From a virus (Duplodnaviria > Caudoviricetes), in the IMG/VR virus record IMGVR_UViG_3300042522_001179, positions 183 through 64,182 of that record: DNA of 64,000 nucleotides; one strand, written 5' to 3'. A program made the translations under genes and the position numbers. Below, one piece after another: positions 19,101 to 28,446 of this stretch (its first letter is position 1; the number at the start of each line of letters is the position of its first letter). The notes below the pieces were generated by a model. It saw only the letters and a list, made by a program, of their open reading frames with translations. It had not been told where the DNA came from and made no database searches.

Positions 19101-20144
19101 ATGAACCCGGCACTTCTTCGCGGTATTTCTGCTATTCCAGGATTAGCAAGTCGTTTTGGTGGTAGTGCTGCAGGGCTTACCTTACGACAGGCTACACCTG
19201 CTGCCGGTGCCTTACTTAATCGAGGCATGTCTGCGGCTCAACTTGCTGGTGGCGGTATCCTTGGAGCCCTCGGCACTGCGTTATCTCTTGGTGGAGATAC
19301 AGCACAAAAACCACAGTGGGGTGCAATCCCTCCCAAAGATAAGCGAGGTGAGTCTTACCGTGACGCTGAGCTGCGTTTAGGGAACCGTGGTGGCAGTGGC
19401 GGTAATGCCGGTTATTCAGTTGCTCCTACCCAAGGTCAGCAAGGTTCCTACTCCCCTGCCGCCGAACGTGCATACCAGCAAGAAGCATCACGCGTTGCTC
19501 AGCTTACCGCACAAGATCCTGAGCTTCAGCGTTACGAACTTGCACGTGCCGGTGCCAAGACCCAAGAAGAAATGAATGCCGCCCGTGATATTGGCATGCA
19601 AATCTGGGCACAAAAACACGGTGGTCTTGCAGGTAAAGTAAAGCCTGGTCAGTCAGGTTACGACGCAATTCAAGGCACTATTAACGCAGGTGCCATGGGG
19701 CAACCTACTGAGATGGGTGCATTTGCTGGTGCCCAACCTTCTAGTTTGCTTTTTAACCCCTCTAATCCGCTTGCAACTGCACCTCCGACCGGACCTGTTG
19801 ATTACACAACGGTTGCACCTTCTGCATTCACCGGCGCAACTGGTCTTGGAGCTGAGTCCAGCTACTTTGGTGGCGCAGCCAACCAACAGCAAGCTAAGAT
19901 GTTTACTCGGTTCCAAGATGCAGCCCCTGGCGGTACGCCCCTGCAGACCGGCATGAATGCATTGCTTGCTCCTGGCAGCGTTCCCGCACCGATGGCTTCT
20001 TACCAAGGCGCTCAAGGTCTTTCGCCTGTTGGTACCAGCTTAACTCCTGACGCAAATGCGTACGCTTCAAGTCTGGCATCAGATAAAGCCCAAGCACAAG
20101 CTGAAGAGTTTAAAAAGAAACTGTTAAGCGCACAATCCAAATAA
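19101..20144 (+). CDS. Gly/Ala/Gln-rich putative virion protein
   Basis: GGAGG RBS before ATG 19101. Confidence 0.7.
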   Translation: MNPALLRGISAIPGLASRFGGSAAGLTLRQATPAAGALLNRGMSAAQLAGGGILGALGTALSLGGDTAQKPQWGAIPPKDKRGESYRDAELRLGNRGGSGGNAGYSVAPTQGQQGSYSPAAERAYQQEASRVAQLTAQDPELQRYELARAGAKTQEEMNAARDIGMQIWAQKHGGLAGKVKPGQSGYDAIQGTINAGAMGQPTEMGAFAGAQPSSLLFNPSNPLATAPPTGPVDYTTVAPSAFTGATGLGAESSYFGGAANQQQAKMFTRFQDAAPGGTPLQTGMNALLAPGSVPAPMASYQGAQGLSPVGTSLTPDANAYASSLASDKAQAQAEEFKKKLLSAQSK

Positions 20145-20148
20145 ATAT

Positions 20149-20211
20149 CTGGCATTGCACAGCATGTAAGCCCAGCCAACTGGACACAGATCTTTGATCT
20201 ATGGGTGCCAG
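20149..20211 (+). ncRNA. putative structured RNA leader (multi-branch cloverleaf)
   Basis: CTGGCATT/GGTGCCAG closing stem with inner CCAG/CTGG and AGATC/GATCT hairpins in an intergenic gap. Confidence 0.5.
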
Positions 20212-20229
20212 TGTAGTTGCTTTAAACCA

Positions 20230-20346
20230 ATGATTCTCTGTCCTAAGTTTGTTAAACGTACTTTGACCTATCTGGCTACGGCCCTTGCGCTGCAAACCGT
20301 ATTTATCCCTGGTCTCAAAGCAAGTTCAAACTGGGTAGGAGAATAA
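20230..20346 (+). CDS. 38-aa signal-peptide-like small protein MILCPKFVKRTLTYLATALALQTVFIPGLKASSNWVGE
   Basis: ATG..TAA ORF filling the gap before 20357; basic n-region, hydrophobic h-region, LKA cleavage-like site. Confidence 0.6.
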   Translation: MILCPKFVKRTLTYLATALALQTVFIPGLKASSNWVGE

Positions 20347-20356
20347 GGTAAATACC

Positions 20357-21052
20357 ATGAGTACTGGACGCATTGGAACCCTAAAACCGGAAGACCGCGC
20401 CGCTGTATTTCAATCAGCGCAACGTCTTGGCTTGAACCCCTACGAATTTGGTGCGCTTATTCACCAAGAGTCTGGGTTCAGACCTAATGTTTACGGTGGG
20501 GCTGGTGGTAACTATTATGGCCTAATTCAATTTGGCGGCCCAGAACGTGCAAAATATCTAGATAAAAATAAGCTAGGTAATTACACAATTGCAGAACAGC
20601 TGCCAGCTGTAGAAAGATTCCTTACTGACCGTGGTTATAAGCCTGGTCAAATGGGCATTGATCGTGCATACGCGACGATCTTAGGTGGAAATCCAAACGT
20701 AAATCTTAATGCCAAGGATTCGTTTGGCACTTCTGTTGCAAGTTCTTTGCCGAAGTTTAAAGAAGGTGGTGCTCTTTACAAGGCTGCGCAAGCAACCCTA
20801 GGAGATCCGCTAACTCAGCAAACTTCTACTCCTGCATCCACCTCTGGTACACCAGCTAAAAGTTCTATTGATCCCCAGGCTTTGCTTGGTATGTTCATGG
20901 GACAAATGCTGGCAGGCGGTAATCAAAACATCAATCAAAAATTGTTGTCCCTTATGTCTCCTTCCGCGAGTCAAATGGACAGGGATTTATTTGATGCTGA
21001 GTATTACACGCCAGTAAGTCCTTTCTTGGCACAATTAACTGGTCGACAGTAA
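20357..21052 (+). CDS. lytic transglycosylase/lysozyme-like protein
   Basis: ALIHQESGFRP (catalytic Glu) and YYGLIQF motifs of the SLT fold. Confidence 0.8.
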   Translation: MSTGRIGTLKPEDRAAVFQSAQRLGLNPYEFGALIHQESGFRPNVYGGAGGNYYGLIQFGGPERAKYLDKNKLGNYTIAEQLPAVERFLTDRGYKPGQMGIDRAYATILGGNPNVNLNAKDSFGTSVASSLPKFKEGGALYKAAQATLGDPLTQQTSTPASTSGTPAKSSIDPQALLGMFMGQMLAGGNQNINQKLLSLMSPSASQMDRDLFDAEYYTPVSPFLAQLTGRQ

Positions 21053-21090
21053 TACCGCTAAAATAAGTGTAATAGCCTAGGAGAAAACAA

Positions 21091-21867
21091 TTGGCCTCTA
21101 CTAGTACAAACAAGCAACCCCTGTTGGTTGACCGTCCTTTATTTGATTCTGTTCGCGTAACTACGCAGACAGTTGGCAGTCAGGCCGGTAACACTGTCTT
21201 TGTTCAAGGGGGCCAATCTCCTTCGATCTTGGTCGATATGGATGCGACCTTTAGCGAAGATAACAATAATGGTGGCGTTGTTGATTCTGTCACAATCATC
21301 AGAAACGACAAGTACCGTGACGCTGATTACACAATTAGTAGCGGCACTTCTGGCACTGTAATTGCACTGACCAGTGGTCAGCAAGTCTTTATTCAGAACA
21401 CGGGTGTTCTTGGCACTGCAGCCATGAGTGGCTATGGTTACTACACTTATACCGGCGTCGCTACATTGACCGGTATTAATACCAGTTTAATTTTCTCTGG
21501 TGGCACAACAAGTGGTTTCACTTACAACGGTGTTGCATATAACCAACCTGCTGTAACTTTTGTTTTTTACCATACTCGTAATACCACTACGCCTATTCCG
21601 GCTTCAGGTGATTACCGTGTACTGTTCACTAAAACAGTCCCTGCAGGCAGTGGTCAAGTCGACTGCTCTGACGTGATGCCTGCCCTTGCCGTTCCTACGG
21701 CACAAGCAGGTAATACTACCGGCCTCGGTCCCACAGCACCCCTCCGCAACAAAGGGGTTTACCTGGAACGTGGCGACCGGATTTATGTGGGTGTTTTTGC
21801 GGAAGGTCCGAACATCTCTGGTTATACTCCTGGCGCTCACATTTACGCACAAGGCGGATTCTTCTAA
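21091..21867 (+). CDS. virion structural protein (beta-rich)
   Basis: AGGAG RBS, TTG start; Thr/Gly-rich. Confidence 0.65.
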   Translation: MASTSTNKQPLLVDRPLFDSVRVTTQTVGSQAGNTVFVQGGQSPSILVDMDATFSEDNNNGGVVDSVTIIRNDKYRDADYTISSGTSGTVIALTSGQQVFIQNTGVLGTAAMSGYGYYTYTGVATLTGINTSLIFSGGTTSGFTYNGVAYNQPAVTFVFYHTRNTTTPIPASGDYRVLFTKTVPAGSGQVDCSDVMPALAVPTAQAGNTTGLGPTAPLRNKGVYLERGDRIYVGVFAEGPNISGYTPGAHIYAQGGFF

Positions 21868-21870
21868 ACC

Positions 21871-23331
21871 ATGTCGCCCAAGCAGGGTGATCTCTTTGGC
21901 AACTTTAGTCAAAGGATTGAATTTAAACCAGCCGCTATTAAGCCCATAACCACGGAATTTTCTCGTGGTGCAGTACCCAACTCCATTGTTGCAATGGATA
22001 GGGAATCTGCCTGGGCAAGATGGCGACGTGGATATGAACTTGCTGTAACAGTAGGCATTCAACGGGGTTTGACGTTCCCGTTCCGTTACACAATGCCAAC
22101 ACCACCAGGTACGGAAGTGCACCCTGGTAATCAGCCCTTGATCGTAGGTGTTGTACAAGGGTTTCCAACGTCGAATAGAGAATTTGGTATTCATTGGACC
22201 GGTTGTCGCGTTGGTGCACTTCTGCGTTTTGATAACGTATTTGATTCCACTGGTACCAGGGCAAGCGTTGCTTCTATTACTGAAGACGCAGATAACTGGT
22301 ACGTACAGCTTGCCGGCACCTGGAATGTCAGCAACCCTCTCCCAGCCCCTCTCTACGTGCCTCCTGTGGGCAGTAATGCGGCACTCAAACCTCTGAACGG
22401 CGAGATCATTGAAGACCGCCTTCTAGAGGCTGGTGGGACGCCTTTGACAAGTGATACGTTAAACTTGGCTACAAATAAAAAATATGGCTACGTTCAAGCA
22501 TTGCTGCTAGATGTGAATGGTACGTCTGGTGTTCTTACGCTAAAAAAAGCAGGATCTTTTGAGTCAACTCCTGATGGCGTATTTATTACTCCAGCAAGTC
22601 GTCCTCCTGCCATCGGCAGGTTCCTGACACTTGGCACTAGATACGCATGTACTTGCCAGGATTTCAGCCGTCGCAGTTATGCTTATTTCCGTGACATGTT
22701 GGGCAGCTCCACAAAGAGATTTCCTTACACAAGGCCATCCTCCTTGAAGTATGGGCGTCATGAGTTAATTACAGATGCAAATGGAAACATAAACAACAAC
22801 GCAGATACCGATATAAATGTCAACAGGCGTTTAGAGCTTACATTTGAATCCGTAGACAATCCTGGTTTATTCAGGGATTTTGGCGGACGATATTTGCGAA
22901 ATGTGCCAAGCGTAGGTGCAGCAGAAGGCCCTGGTACATTTGTTGACTACAAGGCCGTAGATAATCAGATCGTTAGCTTTGATGACTACTGGACTCCATT
23001 GTTAGACGAGATGCGATATTGCAAACATATTTACGCATTACGTTTTCAAGAAGGAATCATTCTCCCTGAGCCATCCGATGTACCTATTGATATGGACGAA
23101 GGCATGGTTAGGTGGGAACAAAAGCTTGTCAATGAGTCAAGCGTAATGAAGAAACATTCTGAGTACATGGATTCTATAAATGGCCTTAAGTACATGGACC
23201 TTCCTCCCAGTAATTTTCAGTCTCCTCAAATGCTTCCAATGATGCAAAAACTTTTGAACGTACCGGCTAGTTTTATCAAGCGTGCTAATTTTGAAATACA
23301 GCGCAAAGACGGAGCATTTACAAGTGGCTGA
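21871..23331 (+). CDS. hypothetical protein with a split SWIM-like Zn finger
   Basis: YACTCQDF ... RYCKHIYA motif halves about 120 aa apart. Confidence 0.65.
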   Translation: MSPKQGDLFGNFSQRIEFKPAAIKPITTEFSRGAVPNSIVAMDRESAWARWRRGYELAVTVGIQRGLTFPFRYTMPTPPGTEVHPGNQPLIVGVVQGFPTSNREFGIHWTGCRVGALLRFDNVFDSTGTRASVASITEDADNWYVQLAGTWNVSNPLPAPLYVPPVGSNAALKPLNGEIIEDRLLEAGGTPLTSDTLNLATNKKYGYVQALLLDVNGTSGVLTLKKAGSFESTPDGVFITPASRPPAIGRFLTLGTRYACTCQDFSRRSYAYFRDMLGSSTKRFPYTRPSSLKYGRHELITDANGNINNNADTDINVNRRLELTFESVDNPGLFRDFGGRYLRNVPSVGAAEGPGTFVDYKAVDNQIVSFDDYWTPLLDEMRYCKHIYALRFQEGIILPEPSDVPIDMDEGMVRWEQKLVNESSVMKKHSEYMDSINGLKYMDLPPSNFQSPQMLPMMQKLLNVPASFIKRANFEIQRKDGAFTSG

Positions 23332-23545
23332 TTTTGGAGATGTAATTGAAACTAAATATGTGTTGTCTGAAAACCAATTAGATACCAGTGCCTTTGGCAA
23401 CAGCACTGTGTATTACAGCGGCAACCCTATTGTTTATTCTCCAGGTGATGTAGTCAATCTTCCTTACACAGTTGATGAATTGTCGACAATGGAAGCAGTA
23501 GGCTTGGCTTGGGCTGCATACGCAAGTGGTATTGAACCTGCATAA
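23324..23545 (+). CDS. hypothetical protein
   Basis: GGAG RBS then GTG overlapping the upstream stop. Confidence 0.6.
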   Translation: MADFGDVIETKYVLSENQLDTSAFGNSTVYYSGNPIVYSPGDVVNLPYTVDELSTMEAVGLAWAAYASGIEPA

Positions 23546-23574
23546 AAAAACGACTCCGTATTACCGGAGCCGTT
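23544..23574 (-). terminator. Rho-independent terminator between convergent genes
   Basis: - strand AACGGCTCCG-gtaata-CGGAGTCGTT followed by a T-run. Confidence 0.7.
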
Positions 23575-23592
23575 GCTTACCTCTTCAGGAGA

Positions 23593-23835
23593 TCAAGAAG
23601 CAATAGCGAGCTTTTCTTGTTTGGCAAGATGCTTGCGTACTGCGTTAACGTTCCATAGGTAGCCATCCCGTGAACGAGTGCAGGCAAAAGCCGCGAAATG
23701 CGGACCGAGCTTTAGGGTGCCATTGTCGCGGTACTTGAAGAGCGTCTTGCGGTCGATACCGAGGAGTTCTTCCGCACGCTGGACGGAGACCCATCCTTGG
23801 TTTTTTGCCATGACTTGAACAGGGCGTTTACTCAT
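23593..23835 (-). CDS. excisionase/MerR-like HTH DNA-binding protein
   Basis: WVSVQRAEELLGIDRKTLFKYRDNG HTH pattern; true start may be ATG 23811. Confidence 0.75.
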   Translation of the reverse strand: MSKRPVQVMAKNQGWVSVQRAEELLGIDRKTLFKYRDNGTLKLGPHFAAFACTRSRDGYLWNVNAVRKHLAKQEKLAIAS

Positions 23836-23837
23836 CC

Positions 23838-23865
23838 ACAGTAGCTGGTGTCAAGCCCGTGTCAA
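23838..23865 (-). promoter_or_regulatory. sigma70-like promoter with a duplicated TTGACAC
   Basis: - strand TTGACA-N16-TACTGT; second TTGACA inside the spacer. Confidence 0.45.
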
Positions 23866-23946
23866 CCAGTTTAATAAAAATTTTATCTCTTTATTTTTGG
23901 CTTAACAGATAGGTGAAATTAAAATAAGATAACGGCAATTAAATAC

Positions 23947-24315
23947 ATGTTTTGCAACGAGCACGAGCCCCTTGCTTTGCTAGTTGAATTAACGCCAAAA
24001 CTTGCCAAGAAACGTTTTCGAGATGAAATTTATAAATCCTGGAACCATTGCTGTGGTTACTGTGGAGAGCCGGCAACAAGCTTAGATCATATAGTGCCCC
24101 GGTTTAAATCTGGATCTTCTAATCGCTATAATCTTTTGCCTGCTTGCAGGCGGTGTAACACCAACAAAGCCAGTGAAAAAATGCAAGAATGGTATTTAAA
24201 GCAGTCTTTTTTTGATGCCTTAAAACTTGAAAAAATTACCAACTGGATGCAGCAAGATACACTAGAATTACTACCCTGGAAGCCCAGGCTTGACGATAAA
24301 AATTTTGCTGCGTAA
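23947..24315 (+). CDS. HNH endonuclease
   Basis: CGYCG...LDHIVPRFKSG...NLLPACRRCNTNK. Confidence 0.9.
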   Translation: MFCNEHEPLALLVELTPKLAKKRFRDEIYKSWNHCCGYCGEPATSLDHIVPRFKSGSSNRYNLLPACRRCNTNKASEKMQEWYLKQSFFDALKLEKITNWMQQDTLELLPWKPRLDDKNFAA

Positions 24316-24318
24316 CCA

Positions 24319-27285
24319 ATGGCAACTTATAACACAACCACAAAAACCTGGACGCCTTTTTCTTACGACACAAATCAAAAAACAGACTACACTGCCGAAG
24401 CTTTTGTATCTCAGTACCCAGATAAAACAGCAGCTGATTTTGCGTCTACCTATCCGGCAGACAGACCAACCAACTTAGCAACCACGCAGAAGTTCTTTGT
24501 CAAGTTTAAAGATAACGGTAAAGTCGATGAAATAAAAATTCAAGACACGGATCCTGGTGAAAACTGGAAAAAATATGAATTAAGGGCGGGCAAGGAAATA
24601 GGTGATTATAATTTTGAATTTCCAAATGGTGATAATGACAATCGCAAACAAGCATTAAAAGCTGCAAGAGATCAATTAGATACTAACAACACTACAAACA
24701 ACAACAATGCTTCGGCAAATGCTCAAGATATCACAAATCGCACAACTGCAGCAACTCAGTACAATGCGACACAACTTACAAATCGCAACAATGCAGCGGC
24801 ACAGTTAAATGCTCAAAATCAATTAACAAAAAACAAAAATACAGCCATTAATAATTTTAGCTCTTCGCTTATTTCATTAGCGTCTACTACTCAAGGTGGA
24901 GACTATATAAACAAACTAAAAGCTTTAGATGATAGCACTTTGCGAAGTGCCGGATTGACTGACGCAGAAATCTCAACTGTATTTAATGCAGCAAAAGGTT
25001 CTTTTGATACTTTTTATTTAAATGAAAAAGTGACTCCTTGGGACGCGGTTTCCCAGGGTGTTCAGCCTCCTACTGGTGGATTTAATGCGACTTATTATCA
25101 AACACAATACCCAGGCGCATTAAGCGAATGGAATGCTGCACAAGCAGTGAATGTTAACGGGCGTGTTTTTAAAAACTTAGATATTACTGCTCGTTACGAT
25201 CAAAACACTTATCTTTTGCAGCATTACACAAACGTAGGCAGGCACGCTGGATACCGTGGAAACGAGGCGTTGGAATCCCAACAAGTATCTAGTTATTCCG
25301 AAACACTTACTGATTACGAAAAACAAATATATAGAGATCAAGTTTTAGGTATTACCACGCAAGATGGGAAAGAGGTCATTGACCTTGATATGCCTGAGTA
25401 TGACGAAGAAGGAAAGTTAATAAATGCACCAGATATAAATACTGGATTTGAGCAGGCACTAGGACAGTTGTTTGGCTCAGAAACAGCTAAGCAAGAAAAG
25501 AAACTTCAATTGCTTGCTCAAGATGTTTTGCAAGAGTCGATTAAAGAGCTTAAAAAAGCCAAACAAAAAGAAGCCGATTTAATGACGCTAAACAATCTAC
25601 CTGGATATAGCGAAATTGCAAACATGCATACTACTCTTTCTAATTCACTTTTAGGTGACGCCTCTTTTGGTGGCATGCTTGGTTTCATTGATCCTAATAG
25701 AACAATGCAAAAAGGGCTTGAGCAAGATATTAAAAACCTTACTGGCACCTCCTCTAATTCAACAATTTACAACTGGCAAAAATGGTTTGACGATACGTTG
25801 ACCAAACGGTATGAAGAATTTGAGTTAGAAATGGCCAAGCGTACCCCAGAAGAAATTCAACAGTTCCAAGATCAAGCTAAAAAAGACCTGGAAGAATACA
25901 ACGAAAAAGTCAAAAGTGATCCCAGTGCAACAAAGCCTTTGCTTATTGAACAAGCTGAAAAATACAATTTAGACATAAACAATGTGGATCAATTTAAAGA
26001 ATTGTTGTCGAAAACTGATCAAGATTCGCAAAAACAATTTGTAACCAGTTTTATCAATGGCTACCTTAAGCCTCGTTTTGATCAATCAAAATCCATGGAT
26101 GAGTTTATTAGTTACTTAGACGTAAAAGAAGAAGAGCAAAATATTTTTCAATCGCAATCTGTTATTAATAAATTAAAGCAAGTTGCAGAGCTTAGGAGTA
26201 ATGCATTGCTTAGTTTTTATAAGGCAGCTGAAGCTGCTAAAAAAAGTTTTGACGTTGATTTTTATTTGGATCCTGTAGGTAAATCTACAAAAGATTTGAC
26301 GGTAGAGCAAAAATTAGTTTATGAAAAACAAAAAGATATTGTTGATTCAGATTTTGAAGCTGCCAAAAAAGGAACCAGTTCTAATGGAGTAAATTGGGCG
26401 ACAGAAGCTTATCGCTATGGTTACGAAGGTAACTACAAAACAGATGCAAAAGCGTTTGCTAAGTTACATTATCAAGTCCTTGGTTCAACTGGGCAGCTTA
26501 AAGATGCCGAAGGAAAATCAATTGTTCTAGACCCAGCGGAAAATATTCTTAATTACAATGAGCTGCAAAATAAAATTTCAGAAATCACAAAAGAACTTGT
26601 TATACGTCAAGATTTGTATGGAGACACTGCTTTTATGCAATTTGTTACGCCAGAAGAATTTGCAGATTCTGTCTTGGGATCTATTAGTCCAGAAGAAAAC
26701 AAAGAAGAATGGGAAAAGATTGTTAAGCAACTTGGGCTTGAGGGAGAACAGGCTACTGTTGACAACGTAAAACAATATTTAATTGATTCTTTTAGAACAG
26801 AAGAAGCACTTAAAATCCGAGAAGCCATTAAGTACTTAAACGAACAAAAACAAGCCTTGGATCAACAGACCCTTGGTGCGACTTACATTGAAAGAGAAGA
26901 TGACGTAAAAGAAGCCAATGCAGAACCCGAAACTCAGCTGTACCAAATTTTTCAATCTGCTGGTTACAAGGGGACAGAGGATGATTTTTATACAAACTTT
27001 ATGCCCGATGTAGACAGAGAGGATCAAGCATTACTTGGCAAGGCTATGTCGGGAGGAAACTTGTTTACGTCTTTAAATCTTTCTGATCCTCTTAGTGCCT
27101 TTAATAGTATTGCAGGTTTAATGGACGAGCCAGATGAACCAACTGCAAAAAGTTCATCGACTAGCAATGCAAAATCTTCTTATTTTAATATGTTTAGTGG
27201 GGATGAAGACGAGTTTTTAACTCAATCAAAAAGCGCTCAATCTATCCTTGGTGAATTTACGTCAATGTTTAAAGGATTTAGCTGA
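24319..27285 (+). CDS. large hypothetical protein, likely virion-associated (988 aa)
   Basis: Long ORF; Asn/Gln/Thr-rich N-terminus, helical body. Confidence 0.75.
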   Translation: MATYNTTTKTWTPFSYDTNQKTDYTAEAFVSQYPDKTAADFASTYPADRPTNLATTQKFFVKFKDNGKVDEIKIQDTDPGENWKKYELRAGKEIGDYNFEFPNGDNDNRKQALKAARDQLDTNNTTNNNNASANAQDITNRTTAATQYNATQLTNRNNAAAQLNAQNQLTKNKNTAINNFSSSLISLASTTQGGDYINKLKALDDSTLRSAGLTDAEISTVFNAAKGSFDTFYLNEKVTPWDAVSQGVQPPTGGFNATYYQTQYPGALSEWNAAQAVNVNGRVFKNLDITARYDQNTYLLQHYTNVGRHAGYRGNEALESQQVSSYSETLTDYEKQIYRDQVLGITTQDGKEVIDLDMPEYDEEGKLINAPDINTGFEQALGQLFGSETAKQEKKLQLLAQDVLQESIKELKKAKQKEADLMTLNNLPGYSEIANMHTTLSNSLLGDASFGGMLGFIDPNRTMQKGLEQDIKNLTGTSSNSTIYNWQKWFDDTLTKRYEEFELEMAKRTPEEIQQFQDQAKKDLEEYNEKVKSDPSATKPLLIEQAEKYNLDINNVDQFKELLSKTDQDSQKQFVTSFINGYLKPRFDQSKSMDEFISYLDVKEEEQNIFQSQSVINKLKQVAELRSNALLSFYKAAEAAKKSFDVDFYLDPVGKSTKDLTVEQKLVYEKQKDIVDSDFEAAKKGTSSNGVNWATEAYRYGYEGNYKTDAKAFAKLHYQVLGSTGQLKDAEGKSIVLDPAENILNYNELQNKISEITKELVIRQDLYGDTAFMQFVTPEEFADSVLGSISPEENKEEWEKIVKQLGLEGEQATVDNVKQYLIDSFRTEEALKIREAIKYLNEQKQALDQQTLGATYIEREDDVKEANAEPETQLYQIFQSAGYKGTEDDFYTNFMPDVDREDQALLGKAMSGGNLFTSLNLSDPLSAFNSIAGLMDEPDEPTAKSSSTSNAKSSYFNMFSGDEDEFLTQSKSAQSILGEFTSMFKGFS

Positions 27286-27557
27286 TGTCCGATAAAGCAC
27301 GTAAAGCTGCTTCTGCAGCAAAAATACACAAAGATTCCATGGAATGCAACAAGCCCCGACACGACGTGCAAGGCGGTAAGAAATCTGTTGTGAAAGCATG
27401 TGAAGGTGGCCAAGAAAAAATTGTGCGCTTTGGTGACGCCAACATGGAAATTAAACGAGACAACCCAGAGCGCCGCAAGAACTTTCGCGCAAGACACAAC
27501 TGCGACGAGCCCAAGAGCAAATTAACGGCTGGCTACTGGTCGTGCAAAGCCTGGTAA
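27285..27557 (+). CDS. conserved small basic phage protein
   Basis: KIVRFGD...NPERRKNFRARHNC...TAGYWSCKAW, a motif I recognise from many uncultured phages. Confidence 0.75.
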   Translation: MSDKARKAASAAKIHKDSMECNKPRHDVQGGKKSVVKACEGGQEKIVRFGDANMEIKRDNPERRKNFRARHNCDEPKSKLTAGYWSCKAW

Positions 27558-27593
27558 TTTGAGCTAGGCTGCTGACGTTGTTACCTCAACGCC

Positions 27594-27719
27594 ATGGCAA
27601 AACCCAAGTCAACCTCTTTGGTAAAAATTGAAGCCAAGCCCAAGCTCACCCGTCAAGGCGATGGCAAGCACTCCAAGCCCAGCCATGGACGCAAGTTGAG
27701 CAGGGGTCAGGGCAAGTAA
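27594..27719 (+). CDS. 41-aa basic protein ending RGQGK (below ORF-track cutoff)
   Basis: MAKPKSTSLVKIEAKPKLTRQGDGKHSKPSHGRKLSRGQGK; TRQG...RGQG pattern of small phage proteins. Confidence 0.7.
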   Translation: MAKPKSTSLVKIEAKPKLTRQGDGKHSKPSHGRKLSRGQGK

Positions 27720-27762
27720 TCTAAATTAGTGTGTATGATTGGGAGTAACGATAGTTGCTCCC

Positions 27763-28422
27763 ATGTCAGATTTTAGTGAAGCAGTACGCCTCATTTGCAA
27801 GCATGAGGGGTTTAATGAAAAGGCTTATGCAGATCCCGTAACCGAAACAGAGCCTTACACAATTGGTTTTGGTACACAGTTTTACCCAGACGGAGAACCG
27901 GTAAAACGTGGACAGTACTGCACAAAACACAAAGCTATGGAATATCTGTACCATGAGCTTGCGGTAATTGATCAAAACCTGGAAAAGTTAAATCTTGGTT
28001 TAGATACTTACATGCGACAGGCATTGCTTTCGTTTATTCATTCGGTTGGCTGGGAGTCTTTTCTTTACAGTGCAATTCCAGACCTCGTTGAAATTGAAGA
28101 CTGGCCTGGTGCGGTCAAAGAAATAAATCAGTGGATCTATGACTACTACCATAATGTTGTTGGCGGGATGGTAGAGCGCCGTCGGGAGGAAGTGGATCTG
28201 TTTCTTAAAGATATTAAAACTGTTCCCCGCGAGGCTACTGATCTTTTGTTAGCTGCTTTCCGTACCTACACTGCTGCGCCCCACGAAGTCAAGGCAATCA
28301 GAAAATTGGAAGAAAGCACAAGTCCCTACGACCTTGCTCAGTTTGCTAATAATTTTAAGCTTAGTCAAAATCCCTGGAGCGAAGCCACCCATGAAGAGGT
28401 AGACGCTATCTTTAATGTGTAG
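27763..28422 (+). CDS. phage lysozyme (GH24-like) with C-terminal extension
   Basis: ICKHEGF..KAYADP....YTIGFG and GMVERRREEVDLF. Confidence 0.88.
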   Translation: MSDFSEAVRLICKHEGFNEKAYADPVTETEPYTIGFGTQFYPDGEPVKRGQYCTKHKAMEYLYHELAVIDQNLEKLNLGLDTYMRQALLSFIHSVGWESFLYSAIPDLVEIEDWPGAVKEINQWIYDYYHNVVGGMVERRREEVDLFLKDIKTVPREATDLLLAAFRTYTAAPHEVKAIRKLEESTSPYDLAQFANNFKLSQNPWSEATHEEVDAIFNV

Positions 28423-28446
28423 ACTTAGAATACTTTTATTGACCCA

